Positions 47,315-60,059 of a stretch of DNA of 64,000 nucleotides are shown here, piece after piece. The position numbers and the translations under genes were made by a program. The stretch is from Microbotryum violaceum (Eukaryota). The stretch spans positions 1 through 64,000 of the forward strand of contig CDLV01000016.1 in the NCBI GenBank assembly GCA_001244265.2. The letters run 5' to 3'. Under the pieces are notes generated by a model. The model did not search any database, was not told where the DNA came from, and worked only from the letters and a program-made list of their open reading frames with translations. Numbering within the stretch: position 1 is the first letter of the stretch; each line of letters starts with the position of its first letter.

Positions 47315-49906
47315 CTACTTTAGTAGCGCTTCCCAGAGAGCTCCTTCAAGTGCCCTCAAATCTTCTAGCTTGGAATTGAGCGACGTCATGAAATACACGA
47401 CGTTGCCGAGTGGTCTGGCGTGGACGTTGTAGCCCTTCGCACTCGGTCCACCGGGGACCTTGGCGTCCTTGAGGCGAGCGAGGAGGTCAACCGAGGCCGC
47501 GGAGTCGTAGCCGGCAGAGGAGGTTCGAAGGTAGATGACGAGCAGGGTCCCTAGGGCCATCACTCCCGAAACTCGCTCTTCCAAGCGCGAGACTCGGTCG
47601 ACGAATTCGGCGGACCAAAGTGACCAAGGTTGGGCAGAGGTGGTTGACGAATGTGGAGGCGCGGCGCTGGCTTGGATCCCCCAGTTCTGTTTTGCCGCAT
47701 CCCAATCACCCCTCTTTTGCATCTTCTCCAAGGTGTTCAAGGTGGTCAGAGCAACGTTGCATCCGACGGGATGGGCCGTGTAGCTGTGCCCATGCAATAG
47801 GGCGTCGACTTTACCCGGTCCGAGGAAGGTCTCAAAAATGGAACGCGAGGCGAGCGTGACGGACAGGGGCACCAATCCTCCCGAAAGGATCTTGGCGTAG
47901 ACGGCGATATCGGGTAGGTCGTAGAGCCGAGAAGTCGCGCCGACGTCAAGGGCCCGATCCTGTGCAGACCGACAAACACTTCGTCAAAGATAACGGGCAG
48001 CCCCTGCCAAGTTTTCGAGCTTGCCGTCGAAGCGTTGCGGCTCGCACAGGAGGGGAAGAGGGTCGATTCACCGCGAACGAGATCGATGAGGACGCGCTGG
48101 AACAAGGGGTCAATGAAGATCATACCCCCGCACCCATAACAATGGGCTCGAGGACCAAGGCGCCGAACTCGGTGCCTGCCTCGTGGTGTTCTCGGACGAA
48201 CGCGGCGATCTCGTGGCGATAGCGCTCAACGAGAGAATCATCATCTTTCAAGCGTTGATCGACGTCGTAAATTTCTTTGAGCGTGTTGTATGTTCCGATC
48301 GACTGCCCCGTTTTCCGATCCCGAATGACGACTTTGCCTTGCTCGAGCATGACCTGGCTCCCGTCGAGCCACGCCCCTCGGCCGTTGTACCAGTCGATAC
48401 GCTCGGTAAAGATGCTCTTCTCGCACGCATCGACGACGCCGATCGTGTCACCGTGGTAGGATCCCTTGAAGCCCAATACTTTTAATCGGCCCGCATCTTC
48501 GGCGTTCAAGCCCCTTCGGACGGCGTACGATCTGAGCGCCATCTTGAGACCGACTTCCATCCCCGTGGATCCGTCGTCGGCATAAAAAACGCGCTCGGCC
48601 CACCCCTGGCCCACACCTCGAACCAAATTCTCGGCCAATCGAAGCGAAGGCTCGTTCGTGGCTGAAGGGAATAGTACGTGGCCGTAGCGTCCCGCAGCCT
48701 GGGCAGCGGCGAGGGCCAGGGTCGGATTCGAATGGCCCAAAGCCTGGGTCCACCACGACGCCGACCCATCGAACGTGGGGCTCAGAAGGGCCTTCGACGA
48801 GGCAGCATCAACCTTGTGGTCAAGCGTGACGAAATGATCACCGTGGGCCGAGTCGACGACCATGACGTCTTGATCGCGCGCGACCTGGTTGTGTTGCACG
48901 AAAGGCCACCAAAAGACGTCCCTCGACCTTTTGCCCATCGAGGCGAGTTCATCTAGGCGACGCTGGTGCGTGTCCCGCAGATGGTCGATGACGGAGCTGA
49001 GATTTTCTTCCAGGGTCGCGTAGTAGGTATCCATATTTTGTTCGTCGCGCTCTTTCGGCTCCGCTACCGATGGCGGTAAAGGCGCGATCCCGACCTTGAT
49101 GCCTCGTTCTTGTTCGAACCATTTTTGAAAGTACGAGTAGTTTTCGTAATAATCCTCTTTGAAGACGAGCACCGAGTCTATCTTGTAACCGCGGATGAGG
49201 AGCGATTCGTAGGCCGACAGTGTGGTCGATATGCCGCCGAGGGCATGGGAAGAGATCAATAGGGTCGAAGGTGGGGCGAGGGGTCGGAAGGCATCGATCT
49301 GTGAAGATCCGGAAAGCACGGGGGAGTGGACACCTGTTTATACAGAATACGCATCAGGTGCAATGTATTCCGGTTTCCATTTTTTCACGGTGTCCCGACG
49401 CTAGCTCACCTCCGGCTGATTCGATGTAAAGCGACGCTCCTCGGCCTGCAGCTTGTCGCACCGCGCTGGCCGGGTCCTGGGCGAATTGATGAACGTGGTG
49501 CGAGATGGCCCTGACGAATGTATCATCGGTGGGGTACTTTGATGCTGCCGAGCTCGACGAACCGGACCGTGCTACGGCGAGGTGAGGTGACACGGGTTCG
49601 TCAAAGTGGAAGAGGCACTTTGTCGAGCTCAGCCGAGGGGCAAATCGTTTCAGATGACTGGATCGTCGTCGAGATGGATTGGATCAGTTACCTGTTGCAA
49701 CATTGGGAACGAAGCGGTAGGGGTACATCTCCAGCGACTCACAGCTCGTCATCACCGTCGCCGGTGCCGGTGCCGATCGGCTTCAAGTAGCCGACCCTCT
49801 CGCCTTGGGCCAGCGAAGCTCGACACAACCCGGTCGAGAAGATGGACTTGCCAACCGAGGTCGAAGGCGCAACAATCAGGTGCGTCCGAAGATGGTTGTA
49901 GAGCAT
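47315..49906 (-). CDS. bioDA: Bifunctional dethiobiotin synthetase / DAPA aminotransferase; two apparent 1-nt frameshifts in this sequence
   Basis: BioD half: STSVGKS, YLKPIGTG, EPVSPHLA, ESAGG|VHSP, LGGISTTLSAYESL. BioA half: WWPFVQH, DGSASWWTQ, DDGSTGMEVGLKMA, SYHGDTIG, LEP..MGAGGM, IFDEVF.GLHR, PDI..AKILSGG..PL, LLHGHSYTAHP.GC, RPLGNVVY. Confidence 0.95.
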
Positions 49907-50386
49907 CCGTTCCCTCCGCTTTGGGTAGAGTTGGGTGAAGTGCAACAGGCGGCGAGCGGGAGACCGTTCAAGGAGGGAGGGAAAATGGGAGGCGGAGGAA
50001 TCGGAGGAAAGGTGGGGGGTTGGGGGAGTGGGGGAGCTAACTGGGGAGCTGTCGTGACGTGGGGATCAAACGGAGCCAGCGTCCAGGTATAGGAGCGCAG
50101 TCGGTTACGCGGTTACGGTACAGGAGCTCCCAGCTAGCTCTTGCCCACCGACAAGTCTCGATTACGGATTGCTGCTGGGAAGTCGCTCCGGGCGTGGTCT
50201 CGGGCGAGTTTCTCGGTGCCGAAGACGGCACTGCGGCCGACTGCGGCAGGTAAGTCACGGCACCGCGCCTCGCCCGGTACGACCAGAGTCGGCAGCGAGC
50301 ACTGCGACAGAGACTCCTCTTTGAATCTTCCCACCCCCCTCCGCCCCTGTCGCCCAAGTAACACCGCTCGTCCTACTTGCGCACAC

Positions 50387-52058
50387 ATGGACCAGCTCAA
50401 GGACACGTTCTACGCCCTCACATCGTGCTTCTGCCAGCAAGGTCAGTCCGAACTCACAACCTGCGCCTCGACGCGTTGCGCAACGTTGCACCAGCGTTAC
50501 TCACAAGCGTGTTGGTGGGCGGCAACAGACGCGACACTGAAGCTGAATGGACGCTCGTTTAAGATCATCAAAGTACTCGGCGAAGGAGGCTTCTCATATG
50601 TGCGCAAAACTCCTTTCCTCCGTCGCGAAGACCACGTCGTCTTCCGCGCGACAGCTCACGTGTCAACCTCACTGAACGTCACGCTCCTCTGGGCCCTACT
50701 CTGCGACGCCAATCCGGCTCACAGGTCTACCTAGCTCAGGATCTCACCTCGTCGCGCCTATTCGCGCTAAAAAAGATACGCTGCCCGCTGGGGTCGGATT
50801 CGGTACAGCAGGCGCTGAAAGAGGTCGAGGCGTACAAGCGTTTCCGGCACCCCAACATCATTCGCTGCCTCGATTCGTGTGTCGTTCAAGACCCCGAAGA
50901 TCCCGACGGATCCAAGATCATCTACCTGTTCCTGCCCTTCTACCAAAAGGGAACGTGAGTCGACTGGTTCGAGCCTGCCTCGAGCGAAAAAACGGAGCTC
51001 ACCTTTTCGGATTGTGGTCTCGCAGATGTCAGGACATCATCACCTCTAACGCCGTTAACGGATCGCATTCGACCGAATTGGACACACTGCAGCTGTTTCT
51101 CGGCACGTGCTTGGCCGTACGAGCGATGCATACATACACGCCGTCCCGCTCGTCCTCGGCCGCCGCAGACCCTTCATCCTCGTCTTCGACGTCGGTGAAT
51201 GACCCTTCGTCGTACCCGCCCACGAGCTCTATGTCGCATCAGGCAACAAATACGGAAGACGAAGAGGACGGGGACGAAGAGGACGGGGACGAAGAGGACG
51301 AAGGTCTTGTTCGAGCTGGCGAAGAAACGGAGGGGCAGGCCCTGATCGGCGGTGTCGAAGCGCTCAAGGGCGCCGTCGTACAGGAACGGGAGGATTCGGG
51401 CCTTCCTGGTCTCGGTGATTCGACGGTGGCGCTGGGGAAGCTGGGCGCGGCTTTGGGGAAGAAGAGTGGCGGCGCGAACAACGGCGTCGAGCCTTGGGCA
51501 CATCGAGATATCAAACCCGTGAGTCTGCCATGCAGCGAGCATATCAACGCCCCCGTCTTGACGCCGTGCTAACGGTTCCGTTGCTTGTGGATCACGCAGG
51601 CCAATATCATGCTAACCGACGACTCGCGGCCGATCCTCATGGACTTTGGGTCCGCCTTGCCCGCTCGCATCCCCATCCCGAATCGACAAATCGCTTTACT
51701 CCAGCAGGACCTCGCCGCTGAACACTGCTCGATGCCGTTTCGAGCCCCCGAGCTGTTCGACGTCAAGACGGGGATCACACTGAACGAAAAAGTCGACATC
51801 TGGTCCCTCGGTGCGACGTTGTTCGCGATGGCGTACGGAACCAGCCCGTTCGAGACGACACAGCAGTCCGAACATGGTGGCTCGATCGCGATGGCCGTCA
51901 TGAACGGCAAGTACGACTTTCCTCGATCAAGCGAAGGTCGGCATTCGGAAGGGTTCAGAGACTTGATTAGGATGATGTTGAAGGTCGACCCGAAGCAGAG
52001 GCCTGATATCCACCAGGTCATTACTTCTACCGAGGCAGTCATTGCCAGACTGCGATGA
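50387..52058 (+). CDS. ENV7: NAK-family Ser/Thr kinase Env7/STK16, spliced
   Basis: N-terminal SCFC, LGEGGFSY|VYL, ALKKIRCP.G, HPNII, long acidic insert, AHRDIKP|ANIML, LMDFGS, QDLAAEHCSMPFRAPELFDV and DIWSLG. Confidence 0.93.
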
Positions 52059-52159
52059 TGATTCAAATTTTCGTGTAGATACTATTGCTGTACAACCTAC
52101 TTATTCTTCGGAATCGGAAACAAACGGATAGCTTCGACCAAGCTCAATCGGTATATTAC

Positions 52160-53713
52160 TCAGCCATCGGACAGGACAGCCCAAAGATACCACATGGCGA
52201 CACTACAATACGGTTCCCAGGGCTGACACAGCTCTCGCACTTCCTGTGGAGTCAAGTATGCTCCCCTGCGAGGTCCAAGGCGCGGCATCAGCATATCACG
52301 CACAATGGACTCCCGAATGAGAAAAGTGAAGGGGAACCGACGCACTTTATCTTTTTGCCGGCCAGACGCGTCTTCAGGATTGATGGAGTCAAGCCCGAGG
52401 TCGTTGGAGGAAAGACGAACGGTGTGGTGATGGGAGCTGCCCACACTCTGAGGGGGGTCGCTCCGGGACTCGGATAAGCTTCTTCGAGTTTGACCGGCTG
52501 TTTCTTGGGCGTTTCGAAAGGGGTTGACGCATCTGCAGGCACTCTACCGGCGCTGATGCTAGGAGAAGTTGGAGTCACTGGAAGTGAAAGAAGGGCAGCC
52601 GTGGACTCGGCCTCGAGCTCGGGCTTGGGAGTTGAAGGATCTGGGCCGGAAAGCTTCTTCGGGTGTAAGAGTGGAGGCGTGAACGGGTCCGACGAATACC
52701 ACTTGCACAGCGCTTTCTGGATGCCTAATCGATTGAAACGATACGTCACCTAGTTAGCCTAAACGTGATTTGAAAGGACATCGAGAGTCATCAAATTCCG
52801 CTCACCCAAGTCACCCACGGGGATGACGTTCGGCCTCTTCATCGAGAATATTTGAAACATGTGGGCCGTCCACACGCCGATCCCTCGACAAGCGACCAGC
52901 GTTCGCTCTACTTCCTCTTCATCGTCCATCGACCATAGCTCCTTGGCATTCAGTCGACCATCGACGAACCTTTCCGACAGTTCGACGACGTATTCGACCT
53001 TTCGCCCGCTCAAGCCGGCCGCGCGCAAGGTTTCCGTGCGGTTCGGCAGATCGATGACTTGCTGCGGGGTCGGGAAAGGCGAAGTACGTTGCCTCAGCTC
53101 TTCTTCGATCTCAAGACCCGCCTGGGGCCGCTCGAGCTTCTCTGGCAAAGTAGGGTAGAAGACGCGCTGGAATTTGTGGAGGATCGATCGAGCGGCGAGC
53201 CATGACACTTGCTGACCAATGATGGAGCTGACCTGCGTGCCCAAGCGTATCCGGCAAGTAACATTTTGTCAGAGATCCATGCACGGGGAGAATGGGAGCG
53301 ATAAAGTAGGAAATGGTTCAAACTACCAGGGATCTGAATGGATCAAAGAGATCCTCTGCCTCCGAAGGCTGGAATGGCTTGCACCGCAAGGATTCAATGA
53401 CCGGACCCCAGCGCTGATCGATCGAGTGCAGGTGTGCTGTGGCCTCCTCGAAGGAGAATGCCAAAGGCGGGTGTAGCAACACCGTCGAAACTTCTTCTCG
53501 AGCAGCGGGCACGGATCCCACCGTATTGTTTGGTGCTGCAGTGGGAGGGTCCTCGGTCTTGCGACGCTTACGAGCCGAAGGCGGTGGGGTCCGTGGGGTG
53601 GCAAGCGGTGTGATGACATTCGTGGACAGCGAGACACGTTTGCTCCCACTACGAATTACTTTGGGTGGCGTTAGGGGAGCCACCAAGGGCTGATTTCTAG
53701 CACGCGTGAGCAT
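52160..53713 (-). CDS. MAG1: DNA-3-methyladenine glycosylase (HhH-GPD, AlkA/Mag1 family), spliced
   Basis: DPFRSL|VSSIIGQQVSWLAARSI, FPTP, LRAAGLSGRKVEYV, RGIGVWTAHMF..FSMKRPNVIPVGDL|GIQK and WEPYCSVAMWYLW. Confidence 0.93.
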
Positions 53714-54160
53714 ACTGTTAGTGCGTGCGAGTGGTGATTAGAGCGTTATTGACGTGGTGACGGCGCGAAGTCAAAGTGATAAGAGAGCGGGGCGGAGCTC
53801 GCGAGCGAAGGCCGCCGATCACAAATTGGACCCGCATCATAAATTGCCCCGCCCGAGTGGAGAGCACACAGTAGTGCCGACCGGTTCAACTTGAAGAAGA
53901 GTTAGGCACCAGTAAATGAGACTGCTACCCGGGGTCCTCGAACCAGGCGCATTTATTTCAGTTAGCTTTCGGTGCCTAAGCTTTCAATCGCTGCAGTAAT
54001 AGGTATACTAGTGGCCTTAAGCCCAGGTCGACTCCAGGCTGACTCACCGCGCGTCACTGCGAGGACTCGGAAGCCGTCTTCAGATCCGACCCGTTGTGTT
54101 GACTCAAATCATCGACCTGTCCAACCGCGCCTTCAGATCCCCTTCTATCCACGCGCTGAG

Positions 54161-54751
54161 ATGCATGTCAACACATCGGTGCTCCGGCTATTCCTACTGA
54201 GCATTCAAATTATCTGCACCAGTGGCAGCACTCTCCCCTTCGGCTCGACCTGGCCGCCTTATGGTTCCTACACGCCCTACGGTGACCCGGAAACCCCTTC
54301 CGACTCCGGTGAGGACAATGCCGACTTGGGCCCCCCGCCTCCTGATCGACTACCTTTGAACATCATCACGGCGAACCAATTTATCGATTGCCTCAACAAC
54401 ACCGGTATCTACTACAACCTCACTGTCGAAAGCGATGGCACCACCTTGGTCGTCCCGGCCGAGCCAGCTCGAGAAATCGTAATGAGCACAGATTTGCTTC
54501 GTTGCATTAGCCAAGCGACAGGTGGCATCTGCGTTGGCTTTGGTCCGTCCATAGACCACCAGCAAGGAAGACAAGACAGCGTTCCATCTTACCAAATAGA
54601 CGGACAAGGCCTCGCCGATCGAGGTGCACTGGGGTACAACCCTCGCTACTGGCAAGAGCAGCAATTTCGAAACGGCCCGGGCTTTGATGACCAAGTCGAC
54701 ATTGCTGCATCACTACAGGGAGCTCAAGCAAGGGCGGGAATACATCGCTAA
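54161..54751 (+). CDS. Putative secreted protein (~196 aa), intronless, function unknown
   Basis: Open ORF with a signal-peptide-like start (MHVNTSVLRLFLLSIQIICTSG), N-glycosylation sequons (NNT, NLT) and three Cys in the mature part. No domain recognised. Confidence 0.55.
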   Translation: MHVNTSVLRLFLLSIQIICTSGSTLPFGSTWPPYGSYTPYGDPETPSDSGEDNADLGPPPPDRLPLNIITANQFIDCLNNTGIYYNLTVESDGTTLVVPAEPAREIVMSTDLLRCISQATGGICVGFGPSIDHQQGRQDSVPSYQIDGQGLADRGALGYNPRYWQEQQFRNGPGFDDQVDIAASLQGAQARAGIHR

Positions 54752-54787
54752 AGCGGTACATGATGTACATACTGCAAATATGCTTTA

Positions 54788-57700
54788 CTACTCCAACGAT
54801 CTTCTGGAAAGTACAGATGAAATTTCCCTCCGCTCGGCCAACCAAGCATTGAACGATTGACCCGCCTGCATCGAGGACTCGCCATGGGTATCTTCGTCCT
54901 CGACAACCTTTTCCAGTAGATAGCTGGCAAACACAATTAAGCTCGCGTAGCTTTTGGACATCATGGGCAATCAATGTAATAAGATGCGTTCAGTCAGCAC
55001 TGGCAGAGGCGCGGCAGATCAGTCGCCGATGGACGCACCGGTATAAGTAGTTGACCGCAACGCCAAAGGTTTTGCGGTGCTTCTTTGAACCCTCGTCCGA
55101 CGCCTCGGCGCGAAGCTTGAAGTCATACACGGCTCTGCGCAGGTTCTGGACTCCCTCACATGTACTGTAAGACCGTGGGAGGGCAGTATGTCAGTCACAT
55201 GAGAACATGTCCGTTCGTTGATTATGTGGTACTGACTCGATGGCGCGATCGACAAGCTTCTTCGCTAGCTTGCCGTACTGCAAGAGCGACACGAGCTGAA
55301 GCACAATCTTGTACTCGCCGGAGATGTAAGGATCCGATTCGTGACCGTCCCACGTAACAGAGATGTCGGGATCGTTCGCGCCGTTTGGGGCCTCGAGCAA
55401 TGTTGATCCCGTGAGGTGTGAGGATGCGAGCGAGTCGTCGAAGAGGATGTTGTACACCAGCGTTGCCGCGACCCTGTACATCGTCGGTAAATTTCGCTGT
55501 CAGCGGCGCGACAACATGGAGACTGTCCTTCATAAGGACTGACATCCCGGTTGTTGTTCTTCCACGGCCCTGCGAAAGGAGACACAGGATCAGATTAGTG
55601 GGGGTTTCGAGCCCCGTTCCTGACACCCACAGCATGGATCACTTACCATCTGACAATTGAACACAAAGTCGGCATCTGTGTTCACTCCAGAGATGACGCG
55701 CTGCTCCAATCGAGTGTACACGCCCGCCAACGGCGCTTGCTCGTCCGTGACGGGCAGCCGTTCGTAGTCGACCTGGAACCCTTCTTGACGCATGAGTGCG
55801 AAGATTTCCTTAGGCGTCAGGATACTGTGAACCAGGCTGAGTATAAGCAAACATGCCATGAGAGTCACGGATTGAATGTGGTCGCTCCACTCAACTCATT
55901 GTGGTGCACCGACTCCCAGACGGCCGTGACGATAAAGTTTCCATTTTCCGGCACCTCGTCGTGCAATAGGATCTTGCCGTCGTTCTCCTCGGCTTCTTTA
56001 CGCAAATCGAGTTGCAGGGCGACTTCCATCGCCTCGACCGTTGCCGCTGTCACGCCTGTCGTGATGACGTTCTCTAGGGGTTCGTCGATGAGGCGCAGGA
56101 CGTGGGGTCGTCCCCCGCTGACATCTGTTACGGGGGAACACATACATCAGTGGACACGGTCACAGGCTCACTGTCTACTAGCTCAGTCCACACTCACAAA
56201 TCACGGGCTCCTCCCTCATCGACGTCCAAACGATCGGCTTCTCTTTGGCCCCCATCCTGTCCAGTGCCCGTCGTAAACCTTCGACTGTAGGCATACCCGA
56301 CCCATACACCAACGGGGTCGAAGGGTCGACGCAAACCGAGCCCGTCAAATCTCTTGAATGGTCCGAGGAGGTTTCGAGCGAAAGGCGGACGCGGCGAAAG
56401 TTGGGAGCGCCTTCGACGCGCTCGGGGAGGGACATTTTTTGCAGACCAGACTGCGGGGTAGAGCACGTGGTGTCAGTACGGTGGTCTTTAGATACGAACT
56501 TGAAGGTACACCCACGAAGAAATCCGACTTGAGCAGCGTGAACGCCGACAAGATTCTTCCCGACCGTTTGGCCACGAAAGCCTCGACCTCGTCGCTCAGA
56601 GCGTGGCCCTCGGTACCTCCGACAGGTTTCTCCAAAGGCATCAAAGCCTCAATGCCCACCGAATCGAGTTCCCTTTCGATCGTCTTGAACACCGGCCGCT
56701 CTTGAACCCAGGCTTCGTACGAGTTCGCCGAGGAACGGAGCTCGTTCCACGTCTCGGCTTTGCATTCGCTGAGGAACGATGAAAAGATGATCAAGAAATA
56801 GTATGACCTGGAGTGTCGACAAGGAAGAGTCAGTTCAAGGTCTCGAAAAGTGCGAGGCCTCCTCTGCTCGTCCCCACCTTAGACTTTGTAGACCTTTGGC
56901 GACGAACTTGTTGCGCAACTCGGGCTGATCCTTGGCATCCTCGGCCTGTTGTCTCGCGTCTTCGATCGAATCCAGCAAATCGTACGTCTCTCGACACGCA
57001 TCGATTGCTTCGTCGACCGCGGCTTTGATTTCTTGACCTGAGCGAATGGTGCGCAGCAAGTTGTTTATGACGGTATACGAGTACCGCGTCGATCTGGCGC
57101 CATGGCTGGGCCACCCTTGCCCTTTCGATCGCATCCACTTTTGCACCAGCGTGATGATGATTTGAGCCCGCGTCGACCGCCCTCGCCCGAGCTGGCAATT
57201 GACGATCACGGCCGTCTCGTCAACAGGTAGGCGGGCCACGATCTCGACGATTTCTTGCACATCTTGGAAATGGGGTGGTCGTTCGGCCGTGATCGGGATG
57301 CGCATGAATTCGAACGCTGGGCCGACCAGGGCCCGCCTCTTGTCGTCCTGCTGCAACTCGGTAAAGATCTCGCGCAGCGTCTTGACGGAGAGCTCGAAGG
57401 GTTCCTGCACGACCTCCCAAACGGGGTGAACCGACCCGTCCCCTTCTTCGGAGTGTAGAAGTAACCGCCCATCGAAGAGCTTCAACTCGCTCAGAATGTC
57501 CGATTTGAGTCGGTCTTCGAGCAGCTCCAAGCGGGTGCTCGAGATGCCCGCATACGACTTGACGTTGCGCAGACTGATCGATTCCTGCCGTAAGACGTAC
57601 GGTGTACCGTTGATATAGACGAGTGGCTCTTCGCGAAGATTGATCCATACAATCGCGGCCTGACGGTCGACCATGCCCTGACGGACCTCTTCCAAAACCT

Positions 57701-60059
57701 TTACGATGCCGTCCTGCGAAGGCTGTGAGAGTCCGTAGAGGGAGGAGTTCGGGACTCGGCGAAAGTTGATCGCTCCCCGGATCGTGGATCCGAAGTCGGC
57801 ATTGGAAGAACTCGCATCGTCACCAGCCGGCGCATCAGCTGCTGCAATCCTCCACTGGTCGTTCTTCAAGATCATCCCCGGTCTCAAGATGATGCCGCCA
57901 CGGTTCCTGACAATCTGCTGCGCCCACTCGTCGCCGACGACCTGGTTTCCCTTGCGCTGCACGTGGGCCAACTTCTCGCTCAAATCTCCATCTCCGCGTT
58001 GCCCGCCGCCTCCTACCTGGAGGTTGTGGTCGGTCAAAGTGAGCTGCCCTGCTTCGCCCCGAGCGATCGCCGATAGGTCTTGGATGGGTGAAAAGACCCA
58101 AAAGTGCCTTTGCCCCGTCTTCTTCAGCCGGGCGAGCATCTTGCCAATTTCGGTTCGTTCCTTGAGCCACATCGAGAACTTGAGAGGTGCGCCTATTCTA
58201 CGTTCTGTGGACGACTTCCCGCCGACATTTTGAGCTACCGGGCTCGACCAAGTGCTGAAAGCGTCATTGATAAAGGCCGCAAAGGCGATCAAGAAGAAAT
58301 AACGCTCCAACGCTGCCAGCGCTTTGCCCATTCGCTCGTGAGAAGCGGAGGGGCGTTGGTTGTCGACTAGAGCCAGAGAAGCGTATCGGATGCGATGCTC
58401 GAGGATGGATTCGCGCAGGTTGACTTTGAAGTCGAGGCGATCGACAACCGTGTCAACGACCTGTTTGAGGTGCTGCGAGTGGTCGATGACGGAGAGGAGC
58501 GAAAGTATGAGGTCATACTGGCCGACCAGAGCCGTTCTGCAAGGGTTAACGAGGGTTCAGCTCCCGAGCCTCTCGGCTGTGGACGCAAAGGTTCGAGCCA
58601 GGACTGACCGCAGATTCTCCAAGAGCTGGGGTTGAGCGAGCAGCAAACCGAGTATCGCGGCTTGACCACCGGCAGCTGGTCTAGTAGCCAAGCCCGTCTG
58701 CAGGACCGTCATTAGTCTCAATAGACTCTTGTCCCTCTCGGCTTGGTCTTTCCGCTCTTTCAACAAACTTCTCGCCTTGCCTAGGCCCAGCAGTTTTGGG
58801 TCCTGCACCTGACCTCCCGATGTGACCGAAAGTCCGCCACCCGACTCTGTAATGACATCTTGAGGTCGAGTCGGCGAGTCGATCAAGTCGTATTGCCCTT
58901 CTTTGAGTCTCTGCATCCTCCTGACCAGGATGGCTGTCGTCATGGCGAACGTCGTCCTCACGACGCCAATACCACAGTTGAACACGAGCAGGCTACTCGT
59001 CGGCACGCCCCTAATCAATTCTGTATACGTATCGAGATACCCGTCCTCCGGCGACTGGTCAGCCGTTACAGGCGTCCGATGGTAGGTAAGGTTGTACCCC
59101 GCCGCAATGACCTCTTCCCACACCTCCCTCACGGTCCGGACCGAATCGGCTGCGATCCACGAGTTGACAATCTCGAGCGGTCGAACTTCCTCTTGCACGA
59201 GGATGACGCCCCCGTACCGCTGGGCCTCTTTGAGGATGTCGACCTTGAGGCGCTTCTCGATCTCTTCCAAATTTTCGGCTCGATCTGAGATTGAGTACGT
59301 CCTGGTCGGGTGCGCGGCATCCCTGAGAACGAATGGCTGTGAACCCAAGTAGATGATGGGCTCCTCCCTCGTGCAAAACCAGACGACGTGACGCCCTTTT
59401 CTCTTGACGGGCAAGTGGGGGAGACTCGAGATGCCGGCGGCGCTGCCAGATGATGTGGGCGCGACGAGTGTGTCTTGGGCCCTCAGCATGGATAGGACCG
59501 TCCTCAGGCCCGTCTCGGTCGGCTGAGCTAGCCCATACACGCCCCAATCGTCGACTCCCCGAAAGCTGTCGGCGCCCGTGAGATGGATCTGATCGGGCCG
59601 GGTCGACATAGTCGTCGCACTCAAAGGGGAAGCGGCGTCATGGACGGGTCTGTAATCACGCTTGACGATGTATCCTCGACTGAGTACCGATCCGTTGCGG
59701 GATTGAACGACCGACGAGGCCAATTTGAGCAGATTGAGCGGCTTGATGAGTGCAGGTGCGCCAGCCTTGTCGCTCGTCGCTGCGTTCGAGGCCGAGGGCA
59801 CATGATCCAACGAAGGCCGAGAGCCCAGCTCAGGATGGGACGTCCGGTCAGACAGCGGCTGCTTGCGTTCGTCTGAGAAGGCCGTTCCGACACCGTCCGA
59901 AGTGATGGGCGCGAGCTGAACGGGGGAAGGTGGGGCACGAGGCGACGAGGCCGAGAGGAACGGGGAGCGGACCTTGCGTGGCCCTGGCTTGGACAAGGAT
60001 GTGTTCGGTGTAGAAGATCTCCTCTCGTGAGAAGAGAACGAAGGAGCGGAGCCTTCCAT
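54788..60059 (-). CDS. Paladin-like protein with three PTP-like phytase (inositol-hexakisphosphate) modules, spliced
   Basis: Three repeats of R.G.(V/I)L..(I/L)K.D...GA.(N/S)FR...YG..QP/MP...W...REEP..Y...R.P(V/I)T....P, each with a CX5R loop (NCGIGVVRT, NCQLGRGRS, NCQM|GRGRT). The last exon ends EISSVLSRRSLE* at 54788. Confidence 0.9.

Noticed and set aside
53925..53960. GGTTCGA (tRNA T-loop-like) on the minus strand
   Set aside because: No paired T-stem or cloverleaf can be formed.
58320..58400. Apparent frame break in the paladin-like gene suggested by the ORF track
   Set aside because: Resolved by an intron (GTCAGT...CAG at about 58540-58608); the downstream exon reads in frame into MGKALAALERY.
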